DNA from: Nannocystis bainbridge
GTDB lineage: Bacteria; Myxococcota_A; Polyangia; Nannocystales; Nannocystaceae
Length of the DNA: 64,000 nt
Reading direction: 5' to 3'
NCBI RefSeq assembly: GCF_028368995.1
Contig: NZ_JAQNDL010000001.1
Span: forward strand, 3,776,001-3,840,000
In this document: positions 8,534-19,159 of the stretch, in pieces
Numbering within the stretch: position 1 is the stretch's first letter
Layout of the letters: every line of letters starts with the position of its first letter
Translations under genes and position numbers: made by a program
The notes under the pieces: generated by a model
The model's database searches: none
Seen by the model: the letters and a program-made list of their open reading frames with translations, nothing else
What the model was told of the DNA's origin: nothing

Positions 8534-10462
8534 TCACTGCGGGTTGATGATCTTGAGCCGCATGCCGCCGGGGTAGGCGTACGACGTCACCGCCGTGTAG
8601 CCGACGCTGATGATGCCGAACGGCTGCTCGCTCTCGGCCAGGTGGCCGCCCTGGTTGATCTTCCAGTCGGCGACCTCGTAGTTGCCGACCGCGTAGTAGC
8701 CGCTGACGATGTTGCCGTCGACCTTGACGTCGGCGGCGCCCTTCTCGCGGATGACCTGGACGTAGTCGGCGGTGTAGCCGGTGCCGGTGGCGAACGCGTA
8801 GCGGTCGAGGAACTGCTCGACCGGGATCATCTGGTACATGGCGGGGTCGCCGGTGTTGGCGCCGCCGTTCTGGCTCTCGAGGTACTGGACCGGCAGGAAC
8901 GGCTTGTCGCCGTTGAACATGAAGCTCACGTTGTTGGGGATCACCAGATCCTTGAACTGGCCCTTGTTCAGGTTGATGGGCGTCCCGGGCTGGACCGGGT
9001 CGGTGGTGATCGTGGTGTTGTCCTCGCCGGCGAACACGCGCCAGTAGTGCTTCTCGGTGCCGCGCTTGGGCGAGTGGGCGCCGACGTAGGTCTTGCCCCA
9101 ATAGTCGAGCGGCAGCATCTGCTCCTCGATGTGGTCGCAGTAGCTGACCGCGTTGGTCGGCACGTTGACGCACTCGACCGCGCCGATGACCCAGATCGGC
9201 TTGTCGGCCTCGATGAAGGTGCCCGACACGTCGCTGCCCGCCTGCGGTCCGCGCACCTGCAGGGTGTCGAACCGGTTCATCGCCACCTGCCCGGTCGCGC
9301 CGCCGGCCACCGCCGGCACGCCGTTGCCGGCCAGGGTGCCCTGCGGCGGCGTCCACTTGACGGTGGTGCCGTCCTGCAGCGCGATCACGTTGAAGTAGCT
9401 CGGGTACTGGTTGTGGGTGTCACGCCACGAGGCGACGATGTAGTTCTGCCGCAGAGCGTACTCGGGCAGCAGCATCGACGCGTCGTTGGTGGCCTGCTGG
9501 CCGAGCGGCGAGTGCAGGTAGGCGATGATCGGGATGTTGCTGTTGACGCGGTAGACCCCGCCCTTGCGCAGCTCGGACTTCTTGTCGAGCGCCGCGTTGC
9601 TCATCGTGTACGTGTAGGTCATGCCCGGCGCGAGGTTGATCGGCGCGCCCTGGGGCTGCTCGACGTTGGTGCCGTTGGGCACGAAGTACAGCTGGACCTG
9701 CGCCGCCTTGCTCGGGTGGGTGTTGCCGACGATCAGCGAGTCCGCCTGGCCGTCGTTGAAGTTGTCCATCTTGTGGCCGAGGAACGAGCAGCCGATCGAG
9801 CTCGGGCTCGACTGCACGAGGTCACACAGCTCGGTGCAGCCGCCGAAGTCGCACTGCTGGGTCTCCGTGCACGCGACCGGCGGGTCGTAGGCGTCGCCGG
9901 CCCCGTTGCAGGTCTTCTCGGCGTCGAGGCCCTCGCACACCACCTGGCCCGGGTTGCACAGCATCGAGCCGCACGCGCCGTTCTTGCAGGACTGGCCGTT
10001 GCCGGGGCACGGCTCCGGCGCGAAGCCCTGACAGTCGTCGGTACAGACGAGGATCTGGTCGCCCTCGCAGCCGTTGAGGTCGCCCGGGTTGCACACGCAC
10101 GGGCCGACCGTGGTGGTGTCGGGGTCGGTCGTGGAGGTCGTGGTCGCGGTGACCGGCCCCGTGGTGTCGGTCGTGGACGTCGAGGTCCCGTCGCTGGCGA
10201 CCGTGGTGGCGTCGGTCGTCGTGGCGACGGTGGTGCCCTCGCTGTCGCTGAGGCTGCCAGTGCCGTCGGTGGTGGCCACCGTCGTCGTCGGCCCCTCGGT
10301 GGAGGTCGGCGAGTCGGTGGTCGAGGTCGTGGTGATCGGGTTGGTGATACCCGTCACGTTCGTCACCGACGCGCTGGCCGAGGTCGTGCCGTCGTCGCCA
10401 CACGCCGGCAGCAGCGCGGCCGCCATCACCCCAAGCTTGAACAAGTCTTCCCGCTTCAGCAT
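8534..10462 (-). CDS. Lipoprotein with Thr-rich linker, Cys-rich repeats and IgGFc-binding N-terminal-type domain
   Basis: Lipobox LLPAC, T-rich linker, NDASMLLP, DHIEEQMLP and SYAYPGG motifs; ATG at 10462. Confidence 0.8.
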   Translation of the reverse strand: MLKREDLFKLGVMAAALLPACGDDGTTSASASVTNVTGITNPITTTSTTDSPTSTEGPTTTVATTDGTGSLSDSEGTTVATTTDATTVASDGTSTSTTDTTGPVTATTTSTTDPDTTTVGPCVCNPGDLNGCEGDQILVCTDDCQGFAPEPCPGNGQSCKNGACGSMLCNPGQVVCEGLDAEKTCNGAGDAYDPPVACTETQQCDFGGCTELCDLVQSSPSSIGCSFLGHKMDNFNDGQADSLIVGNTHPSKAAQVQLYFVPNGTNVEQPQGAPINLAPGMTYTYTMSNAALDKKSELRKGGVYRVNSNIPIIAYLHSPLGQQATNDASMLLPEYALRQNYIVASWRDTHNQYPSYFNVIALQDGTTVKWTPPQGTLAGNGVPAVAGGATGQVAMNRFDTLQVRGPQAGSDVSGTFIEADKPIWVIGAVECVNVPTNAVSYCDHIEEQMLPLDYWGKTYVGAHSPKRGTEKHYWRVFAGEDNTTITTDPVQPGTPINLNKGQFKDLVIPNNVSFMFNGDKPFLPVQYLESQNGGANTGDPAMYQMIPVEQFLDRYAFATGTGYTADYVQVIREKGAADVKVDGNIVSGYYAVGNYEVADWKINQGGHLAESEQPFGIISVGYTAVTSYAYPGGMRLKIINPQ

Positions 10463-10955
10463 CAGCCACGTGTGCCACACACGGGCGAGCCGCTCAAACG
10501 CAAACTGCGGGCTCGCCAGCGTGCCCTCGCGTGCACACGGGAAGTCTGCCCGCCTGCATGTGCGGCCGCTTGCGCGCTCGCGCCCGTGCGCTCGCCTCGC
10601 AACTCCGCGTCTGCGGGTCGGCGACGCCACGCGTCCGAGCGGCCTGTCTTTCGAGACAGCTGTTGCTCGAGACAGCTCCGATCGGCGCAGGAGCCGTCGG
10701 GGACGCGGTGCGACACGCCATCTGTCTCTCGGGACATCCGGCGGACGGCACGCGAGCGCGCGACGACCGTCGCGTGGCGCGCGCTGCGTGACCTGAGCTG
10801 TCGCTCGTCACGCCGCCCGGCGCACGACGGTCGTCGCGGACCCGCACACGTCTGACTTGTCTCTCGCCTCACCCAGGCGCGCACCCGACTCGGGCGCGAA
10901 GCCTGCGGAGCGCGGCCGTCCCGGTCGGGGGACAGCAGCGCGCGCCGCGGGTGCG

Positions 10956-11132
10956 TCAGCCGGCGATCTTCTTGCCCGCCACGAGGCCGGCGACCAGCAT
11001 CACCGCGAAGATGACGATGAAGATGAAGAACAGCACCTGCGCGATGTCGGAGGCGGCATTGGCGACGCCGCCGAAGCCGAAGACCGCTGCGATGATGGAG
11101 ATGATGAAGAAGACGACGGCCCAACGAAGCAT
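10956..11132 (-). CDS. DUF1328 (UPF0391/YtjA-like) small membrane protein, 58 aa, missing from the ORF track
   Basis: [38 protein letters not shown]...; AGGAGG RBS upstream. Confidence 0.88.
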   Translation of the reverse strand: MLRWAVVFFIISIIAAVFGFGGVANAASDIAQVLFFIFIVIFAVMLVAGLVAGKKIAG

Positions 11133-11325
11133 GATTTTTTCCTCCTGCTCAATTCATGATCCGATTCATCGATGAGGCAACCTCGACCATCACTCTTTTC
11201 TTTAATCATCGTGGTGGCATCCATCAACCCCTGATATTCGATTCCTACCACCCCGCGGAGGGCGGTCCCAGCACCGGTCCGGAGCCCGTCCTGGCGCTGC
11301 TGTGAATGCGAGCGCTTAAATGGGG

Positions 11326-11365
11326 ACCGCGCCCATCCCCCGATTGCATCGGGGGAGGGCGCGGT
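11326..11365 (-). terminator. Stable hairpin downstream of the CsbD gene
   Basis: ACCGCGCCC-ATCCCCCGAT-TGC-ATCGGGGGA-GGGCGCGGT inverted repeat. Confidence 0.45.
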
Positions 11366-11405
11366 GATTCAGCCGGCGACGATGTCGACGCCGGCGCTTC
11401 GTTGG

Positions 11406-11606
11406 TTATGGCAGATGGAGGTCCTGAAGCTTGCGTTGAATCGCCTCCTTCCCGTCGCCGAAGCGCTCCTGAATGACACCGTACAGCTTGTCGGCAGAGC
11501 CCTCTGCCTTGAGGAAATCGTCGTCGGTCAGCTCGCCCCAGATCTTCTTGGCCTTGCCCTTGAGCTGGTCCCACTTCCCCTGCGCCTGGTCTTGATTGAT
11601 TGCCAT
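11406..11606 (-). CDS. CsbD/YjbJ family general stress protein
   Basis: NQDQAQGKWDQLKGKAKKIWGELTDDD...G.IQERFG signature. Confidence 0.9.
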   Translation of the reverse strand: MAINQDQAQGKWDQLKGKAKKIWGELTDDDFLKAEGSADKLYGVIQERFGDGKEAIQRKLQDLHLP

Positions 11607-11871
11607 CTTTGTTCTCGTTTCCTGGTCCAAGTCTGATCGCTGTTGCAGCCAGGACGAACTCGACTACATCCCCGGAACGTCGTTTTATGGGCCTATTGGG
11701 GCAATAGCGGCGAGCGCGGGCGGCGATGCGTCAAGCGCGCACAGCATTGGCGCGAACAGCGCTCGCCAATCGCCAATGCGTGGTCTCTCCGCGGCCCTGC
11801 CATTCGCCGAAAGCGCGACGCGGAGGCGGGCGCCGCAGCGCCACACCTCCGCGTCGGTCCCCCGCACCGGC

Positions 11872-14800
11872 CTACGGCGCGTCCGGGGTGGTGTCGGCCT
11901 GGGCCGTGCGCTTGGTCGGCGGCGGGTCCGGCTCGACCTTCGGCGCCGGGGTCTTCTGCCCCTCGGCGCCGGTGCGGCCGAAGGTGCGGCGCCAGAACAG
12001 GTCGAGGCCGCCGACCGCGGCGTCGCCGAAGAACGTCTCCACCGACCACTGCGGCTTGAAGCGGTACTCGAACGAGCCCTGGATGCGGTTGTTCCGGATC
12101 GGCGCGTTGTGATGGTAGGTCGTCTCGGCGTAGATCTTCTTCGTCAGGTGCTTGCCGACGCTCAGCACCGGCTGCGTGACGTCGTCGGCGAAGCCGAACT
12201 TGATGCGGTCGATGCCGAGCTTCTGATCGGCGAAGCGCGACAGCGTCGGGTTGCTGAAGTTGACGAGCAGGCCGGCGGCGCTCGCCTGGGTCTTCTTCGG
12301 GTCGCTCTCCTGAGTGTCGGCGCTGCCGGTCAGCAGCAGGGCGAAGATCTGGCCCTCGGTCAGCGACGGGCGCGAGCGCAGCTTGAGCGCGGGCCGGCTG
12401 AGGCGGCCGCGGATCGCCACGTTGACCTCGGCCTGCGGCGTGGTCGTGTCGGCGGTGAGGTCGAGGTACGGGTCGATCGTCGAGCCGTCCTCCGGCAAGA
12501 ACACGCGGCCCTGGTCGATGGTGAAGCGGTTGCCGAGCAGCTCGAAGCGGCCGCGGTCGGCCCGGAAGCCGCCAGTGACCCCGGCCTCCTCGCCCTTGCG
12601 GTGCAGCGCCAGCGCGCCGCTCCAGCTCATGTCCATCGTCGGGCCCTTGATGTGCACCGGGGCCTTGAGCCGCACCGCGAGGTCGAACTGGCTGCTCTGG
12701 ACGTCGGCCGTCGGCGGCTTTTTGGTCGGCGGAGCCGTCGCCTCCTCGGCCTGCACCACCGGCGTCTCCTTGTCGCTCAAGGCGCCTGCCTGGCTGCCGA
12801 GCGCGGCCTGCAGCTCGGGCAGCGGCCCGCTGACGATCGTGATGTTGTCGTTCTCGGGCACCGGGTCGGGCGCGCGCGTGGTGAGGTCGGAGACCCAGAT
12901 CTCGGCGCCGTCGACGTCGATCTTGACCCCGAGCCCGGCCGCGCTGCGCTTCACGTCGGCGCTCACGTGCGTGTCGATGATCATCTGCGGCAGGCCGGGG
13001 CGGACCACCGGGAACTTGCGCAGGTCGAGCTGAGCGTCGGCGTCGACCCTGCCGCCGCTGGCGAACGTCACCTTGCCGTCAGCCTTGACCCGGCCCTCGC
13101 CGCTGGTCGCGGTGAGGCTGGTCAGCTTGACCTCGGGCCCGTCGGCGAGGATCTCGAAGTTGAGGTCGCGGAACCGCTGCTGCAGGGCCACCACGGTCAC
13201 GCCGCCCTTCTGCAGGCGGGCCGAGCCTCGCAGCTTGGGCTTGCCGATGACGCCGCCCGCGGTGATCTCGCTCGAGAAGAAGCCGGTGAAGTCGTAGATG
13301 GCCTCGGGGAAGAAGCCGCTGAGGTAGCGCAGGTCGGTCGCCTCGGCCTTGAGCTCGCCACGCATCGGGGTGTCGGTCAGCTTGGCCTGCTTGGCCCGCA
13401 GCTTCGGGATCGAGGCGGTGGTGTCGGCCGAGAACTCGAGCCAGCCCCGCTTCTTGTCGCGCTGGCCGAAGCTGCCGCGCACCGTCTGCTTGGCGTCGCC
13501 CACGTCGAGCTGGATCTTGAGCGGCTGGCCGCCGAGCACCTTGTGGCCGATCTCTCCGAGCACCTGGGCCTCGGCGTGCACGGTCTTGGCGTCGAGCTCG
13601 GCCGTGGCGTGGATGTTGAGGGCCACCACCGCCTGCTGCGGCAGCGGGCTGAACGGCTCGAGCGCGTCGTGGTCGAGGTTCTTGACGTCGAGCTTGGCCT
13701 TGGCGGGCCGCTCGGTCGCCCACGCGAACTCGCCCGACGCGAGGTCGATGTCGAGCGGCACGCGCCCGCCCAGCTCGATGGTGGTGATCTTGCCGAGCCG
13801 ACCGTGAGCGCCGACCTTGGCCAGGCCGTCGCGGTACTCGACGTCGGCCCGCAGCGCGCCGACCGGCTGGCCCTTGAACGCCAGCTTGTCGGCACGCACG
13901 GCCCCGACCAACTTGGGGTGGCGACCGGCGCCGTCGAAGGTCACGCCGCCGGTGATCCGGCCGGCGAGGTTGAGCCCGAGCAGCGGCTCGAGCGGCGCCA
14001 GCTCGAGCTCGCGAAGGTCGAGCATCAGCGCGTACCAGCCGTCGCGACGCCAGCGCACGCCAGAGGCGTCGAGCGCGAGCGGGGCCAGGCCGCGCAGCTG
14101 GAACTGCCCGACCTGCCCGCCGCCGCCCGAGATGTCGACGGCGACCCCGCCGTCGCGCATGGTCGCGACCAGCGACAGCGCGCCGAACTCGATCCGGCGG
14201 TGCATCAGGCGCTCGCCGTGCAGCTCGGCCTGCAGCTCCGGCTTGGTCGCCGGGCCAGTCATCTCGGCCTTCAGCGTCAGCTTGCCGCCGGCGTCGTGGC
14301 CGGGCGCGAGCGCGTCGAGCTGGTCAGCCACGTCGATGTCGTCGAGCTGGACCAGGACCCGGTGCTCGCGCTCGCGGTGCCAGGCGAACTTGCCGCGCAG
14401 CGGGTCGAGCTCGATCGGCACCTGCACGTCGACCTGGGCCCGACCGCCGCTGCGGTGGAGATCGACCTTGCCCTGCAGCCAGTCGCCGCGGTGCGTGACG
14501 CTGACCGCGACGTCGCCGACCGGCGCGCCCGAGATCGTCAGCCCCTTCGCGCGCCACTCGGTCACCACCCGCGGGGTCGCCAGCGGGCCGTCTGTGCCGT
14601 TGGCCTCGAACAGGACCATGCCGTCGAGCCGGCCGGTCAGCTCCGGCTGCTTGAGCCACGGCCGCAGCCGGTCGAGCCGGACCTCCTGGGCCTGCAGCTC
14701 GAGCTTGGTGTACGTATGTCCGATCGAGCCTGTCCTTAGCGACATGTTCACGTGGACAGGCGCCTGCGCGCGCAGCTCGAGCTTGCGCGCCAGCGGCCCG

Positions 14801-16890
14801 CGCAGATCGACGTCGACCGCGGCCTGGCCGTCGGCGAGCCGGGCGGCGACGTCGAGGTCGCCGAAGGTGTTGCCGCGCAGGCCGGCGCGGGCGATCGTCA
14901 CGTCCGCCACCAGCGACGGCGCCTCGGGCCGCCCGTGGACCCGCACGTGCGCGCTCGCCAGGCCGGCCGGGCGCAGCTTCGGCAGCAGCGGCCGCAGCCG
15001 GGCCAGCGCCAGCCCGGTCAGGTCGACATGCACGTCGCTCGGCCCGTCGGCGTCGAGGGTCCCGCCGGCCGCCAGGCGCCCGCCGGCGATCTTCAGCGCC
15101 AGGTCCTCCTCGATGCGCAGGCGCGAGCCCGACAGCACCGCCCGCGCCGGCCGCTCGAGCTCGGCGTGGAAGCCGGCCATCTCGGCCGTCAGCGCCCGCA
15201 GCTCCGCGCCGATCTCCTGACCTGTCCGTACAGACAGGTCGAGCTCCACCCGCGCGTCCGGCCCGAGCGCCCCGGCCCGCAGCCGCGCGTGCAGCGGCGG
15301 CAGCGAGGCCGGCACCGGCGGGGCCACCGGCCCGGGCGGCAGCTTGTCCGCGTCGAGCCGCACCTCGCCGCGATCGATCTGCACCGAGCCGGCCTTAAGG
15401 CCCGCGAGCGCCACCGCGACTGTCCCTTCGGACATGCCCCGAAGGACATCCACGTCGACGCGCGCCTGCTCGAGCGCGACCCCGCCGACGCCGACGCGGC
15501 GCAGCTCGAGCGCGCCGGCGCAGCGCAGCTCCGGCCCGCTGCAGGCCCCGCGGCCCGAGACCGTGCCGGTGATGTCCGGCAGCCTGGCGAACTGGCGGCC
15601 GACCGCGACCGGGCGGGCCACGTCGACCACCGCCAGGCGCCAGTCGATCTGCCGCAGCGCGCCGCGGATGGCGACCACGTCGACCAGGGCGCCGACCCCG
15701 GCCGCGTCGAGCGCTGCCGCGAGGGACAGGCTCTTGCTCGACGGATCGATCACACCATCGACGTCGAGGGCGACGCCGCCGAGGGGCGCGCACTCGGGGC
15801 AGCGCAGCCCGCCGGCCAGCGCCAGGCGCTTGCTCGGCATCTGTCGCGCGTGCAGCTCGAGCGTCGGCCGCACGCGTCCGAGCCGCGCCTGGGTCCACGG
15901 CGCCAGGTCGGCGTCGACCGCCAGGGTGATGTCGGCCTCCGGCGTCCCGCGCCACGCGCCCGCGCCTGTCAGCTTCAGCGCCAGGTTCGGCGCCAGCGCC
16001 AGCCGGACTTCGGCCGCCATGTCCTCGGGCACACCTTCGGCCGCGACCGAAAGCTCGACCGTGCCTGCCGGCGCCTTCAACTTCTCGACCGTGCCTGCGG
16101 GCAGGTACTCGGCCAGCAGCCCGACCGCCGCGCGGGCCTCGAGGTCGACCAGCATCCGCCACGCCCGCACATCGAGCTGCGCCTGCGGGATCTCGATCGC
16201 CGCCGCGTCGGCCACGATCCGCAGCCCCTCGATCTGCGCCACCGGCGAGCCCCAGCGGGCCTTCAGCACCAGCTCTTCGATCTCGCGGTTGCCCAGCAGG
16301 CGCCCGTGGGCCCGCACGATCTCCGCCTCGGCCGCGCGCCCGACCCCGCGGGCCCGCAGGTCGACGTCGAGCCCCTCGACGATCGGCGCGCCGTCGGCGA
16401 AATAGACCGCGCCGTCGTGCAGGTGCAGCGCCGCGGCGATGCCGAGCGGCAGGTCCGGACCCGGCGGAAGGGACATGTCCTTTGGGACATCATCACCGGG
16501 CGGCGCGATGTCGGCGAAGCTGCCGCCGGGCCCGGGCAGGTAGACGCGCAGGCTCTCGAGCGTCAGCGCGTCGACGGCGAGGTCGCGGCCGAGCAGCGCG
16601 CGCGGCGACCAGTCGAGCGAGAGCGCGTCGGCGGTGATCAGCGCGCGACCTTCGCGGTCGGAGAGCGTCACGCCGCGCAGGGTGAACGAGCCCAGCAGTG
16701 AGCCCTCGACCTCCGCGATCGCCACGCTGCCGGCGATCTTGCCGTTGTAGATCGGCAGGCCGACCCGCAGCGCGAGCCGCAGACCCGCGTTCGTGGTCAA
16801 GATCAGGACGACCGCGGACACCACCACCACGAGGACCAGCGCGAGCCCTTTCAGCGTGGTGCGTGCGATCTTTGCGATCCTCGTCGTCAT
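11872..16890 (-). CDS. tamB: Translocation and assembly module TamB (C-terminal DUF490)
   Basis: N-terminal TM anchor, long beta-rich body, C-terminal DPYLDLTA...LRSRPSLTEGQIFALLLTG...VGKHLT; adjacent to Omp85 gene. Confidence 0.85.
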   Translation of the reverse strand: MTTRIAKIARTTLKGLALVLVVVVSAVVLILTTNAGLRLALRVGLPIYNGKIAGSVAIAEVEGSLLGSFTLRGVTLSDREGRALITADALSLDWSPRALLGRDLAVDALTLESLRVYLPGPGGSFADIAPPGDDVPKDMSLPPGPDLPLGIAAALHLHDGAVYFADGAPIVEGLDVDLRARGVGRAAEAEIVRAHGRLLGNREIEELVLKARWGSPVAQIEGLRIVADAAAIEIPQAQLDVRAWRMLVDLEARAAVGLLAEYLPAGTVEKLKAPAGTVELSVAAEGVPEDMAAEVRLALAPNLALKLTGAGAWRGTPEADITLAVDADLAPWTQARLGRVRPTLELHARQMPSKRLALAGGLRCPECAPLGGVALDVDGVIDPSSKSLSLAAALDAAGVGALVDVVAIRGALRQIDWRLAVVDVARPVAVGRQFARLPDITGTVSGRGACSGPELRCAGALELRRVGVGGVALEQARVDVDVLRGMSEGTVAVALAGLKAGSVQIDRGEVRLDADKLPPGPVAPPVPASLPPLHARLRAGALGPDARVELDLSVRTGQEIGAELRALTAEMAGFHAELERPARAVLSGSRLRIEEDLALKIAGGRLAAGGTLDADGPSDVHVDLTGLALARLRPLLPKLRPAGLASAHVRVHGRPEAPSLVADVTIARAGLRGNTFGDLDVAARLADGQAAVDVDLRGPLARKLELRAQAPVHVNMSLRTGSIGHTYTKLELQAQEVRLDRLRPWLKQPELTGRLDGMVLFEANGTDGPLATPRVVTEWRAKGLTISGAPVGDVAVSVTHRGDWLQGKVDLHRSGGRAQVDVQVPIELDPLRGKFAWHREREHRVLVQLDDIDVADQLDALAPGHDAGGKLTLKAEMTGPATKPELQAELHGERLMHRRIEFGALSLVATMRDGGVAVDISGGGGQVGQFQLRGLAPLALDASGVRWRRDGWYALMLDLRELELAPLEPLLGLNLAGRITGGVTFDGAGRHPKLVGAVRADKLAFKGQPVGALRADVEYRDGLAKVGAHGRLGKITTIELGGRVPLDIDLASGEFAWATERPAKAKLDVKNLDHDALEPFSPLPQQAVVALNIHATAELDAKTVHAEAQVLGEIGHKVLGGQPLKIQLDVGDAKQTVRGSFGQRDKKRGWLEFSADTTASIPKLRAKQAKLTDTPMRGELKAEATDLRYLSGFFPEAIYDFTGFFSSEITAGGVIGKPKLRGSARLQKGGVTVVALQQRFRDLNFEILADGPEVKLTSLTATSGEGRVKADGKVTFASGGRVDADAQLDLRKFPVVRPGLPQMIIDTHVSADVKRSAAGLGVKIDVDGAEIWVSDLTTRAPDPVPENDNITIVSGPLPELQAALGSQAGALSDKETPVVQAEEATAPPTKKPPTADVQSSQFDLAVRLKAPVHIKGPTMDMSWSGALALHRKGEEAGVTGGFRADRGRFELLGNRFTIDQGRVFLPEDGSTIDPYLDLTADTTTPQAEVNVAIRGRLSRPALKLRSRPSLTEGQIFALLLTGSADTQESDPKKTQASAAGLLVNFSNPTLSRFADQKLGIDRIKFGFADDVTQPVLSVGKHLTKKIYAETTYHHNAPIRNNRIQGSFEYRFKPQWSVETFFGDAAVGGLDLFWRRTFGRTGAEGQKTPAPKVEPDPPPTKRTAQADTTPDAP

Positions 16891-16910
16891 CCGTCCCCTG
16901 ATCCCTTTAG

Positions 16911-18884
16911 TTAGAATGCTTCACCGAGGCCGAAGTGCACGGCCCAGATCTTCTGGTCGCGCGCGTACTCGGTCTCGTTGAGGCGGAAGCCGACGTCCAG
17001 GCGGAACATGCCGATCGGCGTATCAAGACGCACACCGGGTCCGGCCGAGTAGTTGAATTGGCCCAGCGCGAATTGATTGACCCCGGCGCGCACGTCGCCG
17101 CCGTCGGCGAAGGCGACGAAGCTGAGCATCTTGGTGGCCCGCACGCGCGCCTCGATGTTGGCGAGGATCATCGTGTTGCCGCCGACGGGGATGCCGCGGC
17201 AGTCGGCCTCGCCCGGCGTGCAGCCGTCCGGGAACACCTGCGGCGACAGCCGCCGCAGGCCCCAGCCGCGCACCGTGTCGGCGCCGCCGAGGTAGAAGCG
17301 CATGTCGATCGGCGCCCCGCCCTTGGCCCCGTACGGCACGATCCACCCCATCTCGAAGCGACCGGCGAAGGTGATGCGCCAGTGCGGGGTCCAGTAGAGG
17401 CGGATGCTCGGGCGCACGCGGTGGGCGCTGAAGTCGCCGCCCAGGCCCATGATGTCGTAGACGGCGCCGATGATCGCGCCGTTCTGCGGCCGCAGCACGG
17501 AGTCGGTGAGGTAGAGGCGCAGCGACGGCTCGAGGTAGCTGAGCGTGTACGGGTCGCGGAAGTCGAGCCCGAGGATCGAGTTCTGGCCCTTGAGGGTCGG
17601 CGACACGTTGAAGAAGTCGACGAAGCGGAAGTTGTAGGCGAGCTCGGCCTCGACGAAGCGGCTGAAGAAGCGCGACAGGCCGGCGCGCATGGTCGGGCTG
17701 TAGAACTGATAGCCCTCCCAGATCCCGAGCTCGAACGCCGGCGACAGCGTCGCCACCGTGCGCTTCTCGATCAGGCCCTTCTGCCGCAGCGTCGGCTCGA
17801 ACTTGACGATCGGCCCGTGCTCTTGCGGGTTGAAGATGCTCGGCAGCTCGGCGTAGCCGGCGCGCGCGCGCAGGTCGAAGCGGGTCAGGTTCTTGAACAG
17901 GTTCTTGTGGGTGTAGAGCAGGCTGCCGCGCTGCTCCCAGCGGACCGGGTCGAGGCCGAAGCCGGCGCCGAGCTTGATCGACTGCGGCTTGGCCGGGCGC
18001 GCCTTGACGACCAGGTCGATCGTGCCTGGCTTGGTCTCCGACGGCACCTCCTCGATCGTGACGGTGTCGAACACCTCGAGCCCGTAGGTCGCCGCCTCGA
18101 CCTTCTTGACCAGCTTGGGCGAGTACGGCTTGCCCGGGGCGTAGTCGCTCTCGTTGCGGACGTACTTCTCGGGCACGTTGCCGAGGCCCTCGAACTTGAT
18201 CTCGCCGATCTTGAAGTACGGGCCCGGGCGGATCTCGAAGCGCACGGTGGCCCCGACGCCGGGCGACACCTCGGCCGTCTCGCGCACCTCCGCCTTGGCG
18301 TAGCCGGCGTCGCGCAGGGTCTCGAGCAGCTGCTCGACGGAGCGGTTCAGCTTCGGCACCTCGAACGCCCGCTCGGTCTCGAGCGCGACCCGCTTGAGCA
18401 GCGCGACCTCGCCGACCTTCGGGTCGGCGGCGGCGATGCCGGGGCGACCGGCCGGGAACGTCAGCTGGATGTTCTTGACCAGCGTGGGTTCGCCTTCGCG
18501 GACCACCACCTTGAGGGCGGCCTTGCCGGGGCGACGCTCCCCCGGCGTGCGGGCGAACAGGCGTATCCGCCCGGCCTTCACCGTCGGGGTGATCGACACC
18601 ACCTCGGCGTCGTAGTAGCCGTGGGCCTTGTAGACCTCGACGATGCGCTTGGCGTCGACCGGGATGTTCGCCGGCAGGAACGCGTAGCGCTCCTTGAACG
18701 GCAAGATCGAAGTCTCGCCCATGTGCAGGTAGGTCAGCAGCTCCTTCTCGGTGAAGCGCTCGACCCCGACGAACTGGACGTCCTTGATATAGGCGTCGGA
18801 CCCACGGACGTCGTCGAGCTTGCTCGAGCAGCCGACCAGGACGGCGATCACCAGTCCGAAGAGACATGTCCACAATGGGCGCAC
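16911..18884 (-). CDS. tamA: Omp85 family TamA/BamA outer-membrane protein (POTRA + barrel), probable lipoprotein
   Basis: POTRA YKAHGYYDA, RFYLGGADTVRGW, TPIGMFRLDVG, C-terminal FGLGEAF; GTG start at 18884 inferred. Confidence 0.85.
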   Translation of the reverse strand: MRPLWTCLFGLVIAVLVGCSSKLDDVRGSDAYIKDVQFVGVERFTEKELLTYLHMGETSILPFKERYAFLPANIPVDAKRIVEVYKAHGYYDAEVVSITPTVKAGRIRLFARTPGERRPGKAALKVVVREGEPTLVKNIQLTFPAGRPGIAAADPKVGEVALLKRVALETERAFEVPKLNRSVEQLLETLRDAGYAKAEVRETAEVSPGVGATVRFEIRPGPYFKIGEIKFEGLGNVPEKYVRNESDYAPGKPYSPKLVKKVEAATYGLEVFDTVTIEEVPSETKPGTIDLVVKARPAKPQSIKLGAGFGLDPVRWEQRGSLLYTHKNLFKNLTRFDLRARAGYAELPSIFNPQEHGPIVKFEPTLRQKGLIEKRTVATLSPAFELGIWEGYQFYSPTMRAGLSRFFSRFVEAELAYNFRFVDFFNVSPTLKGQNSILGLDFRDPYTLSYLEPSLRLYLTDSVLRPQNGAIIGAVYDIMGLGGDFSAHRVRPSIRLYWTPHWRITFAGRFEMGWIVPYGAKGGAPIDMRFYLGGADTVRGWGLRRLSPQVFPDGCTPGEADCRGIPVGGNTMILANIEARVRATKMLSFVAFADGGDVRAGVNQFALGQFNYSAGPGVRLDTPIGMFRLDVGFRLNETEYARDQKIWAVHFGLGEAF

Positions 18885-19035
18885 GACGCGCGAACTATGA
18901 TCTCGACCAGCCTCAAGGGCCACGCGCGCGGCCCCTGGAATCCCCGAGCAGCCGCTCCTCCAGCCTTTCCCTGGCCGTCCGCCCGTGCAGCCGCGCAAAG
19001 TCCGCGAGACAGCGAAGTCCGCGCGACCCAATCAT

Positions 19036-19081
19036 GACATGACTGAAACAACATGCCCGTTAGGACATGTGTTGTTCGACC
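19036..19081. repeat. Degenerate three-unit 14-bp TGTC-N6-GACA array
   Basis: GACA-TGAC TGAAAC AACA-TGCC CGTTAG GACA-TGTG TTGTTC GACC. Confidence 0.7.
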
Positions 19082-19159
19082 GCGCGTGTCGGTTCCGCCC
19101 ACCGCTGGCGAACCGGCCGAACCCGATCACAATCGCCAAGTACGGCCAGGAGAGCTCCT

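Noticed and set aside
10100-10390. Thr/Ser-rich repetitive DNA (also 22660-22900, 44930-45060, 49330-49460)
   Set aside because: Ordinary low-complexity linkers of myxobacterial lipoproteins and surface proteins
15219-15240. Motif as an E. coli-type SOS box (CTGT-N8-ACAG) or lux box
   Set aside because: Some copies fit that geometry, but most lie inside genes or between convergent genes and form 14-bp arrays, unlike operator sites; the Myxococcus LexA box is also different
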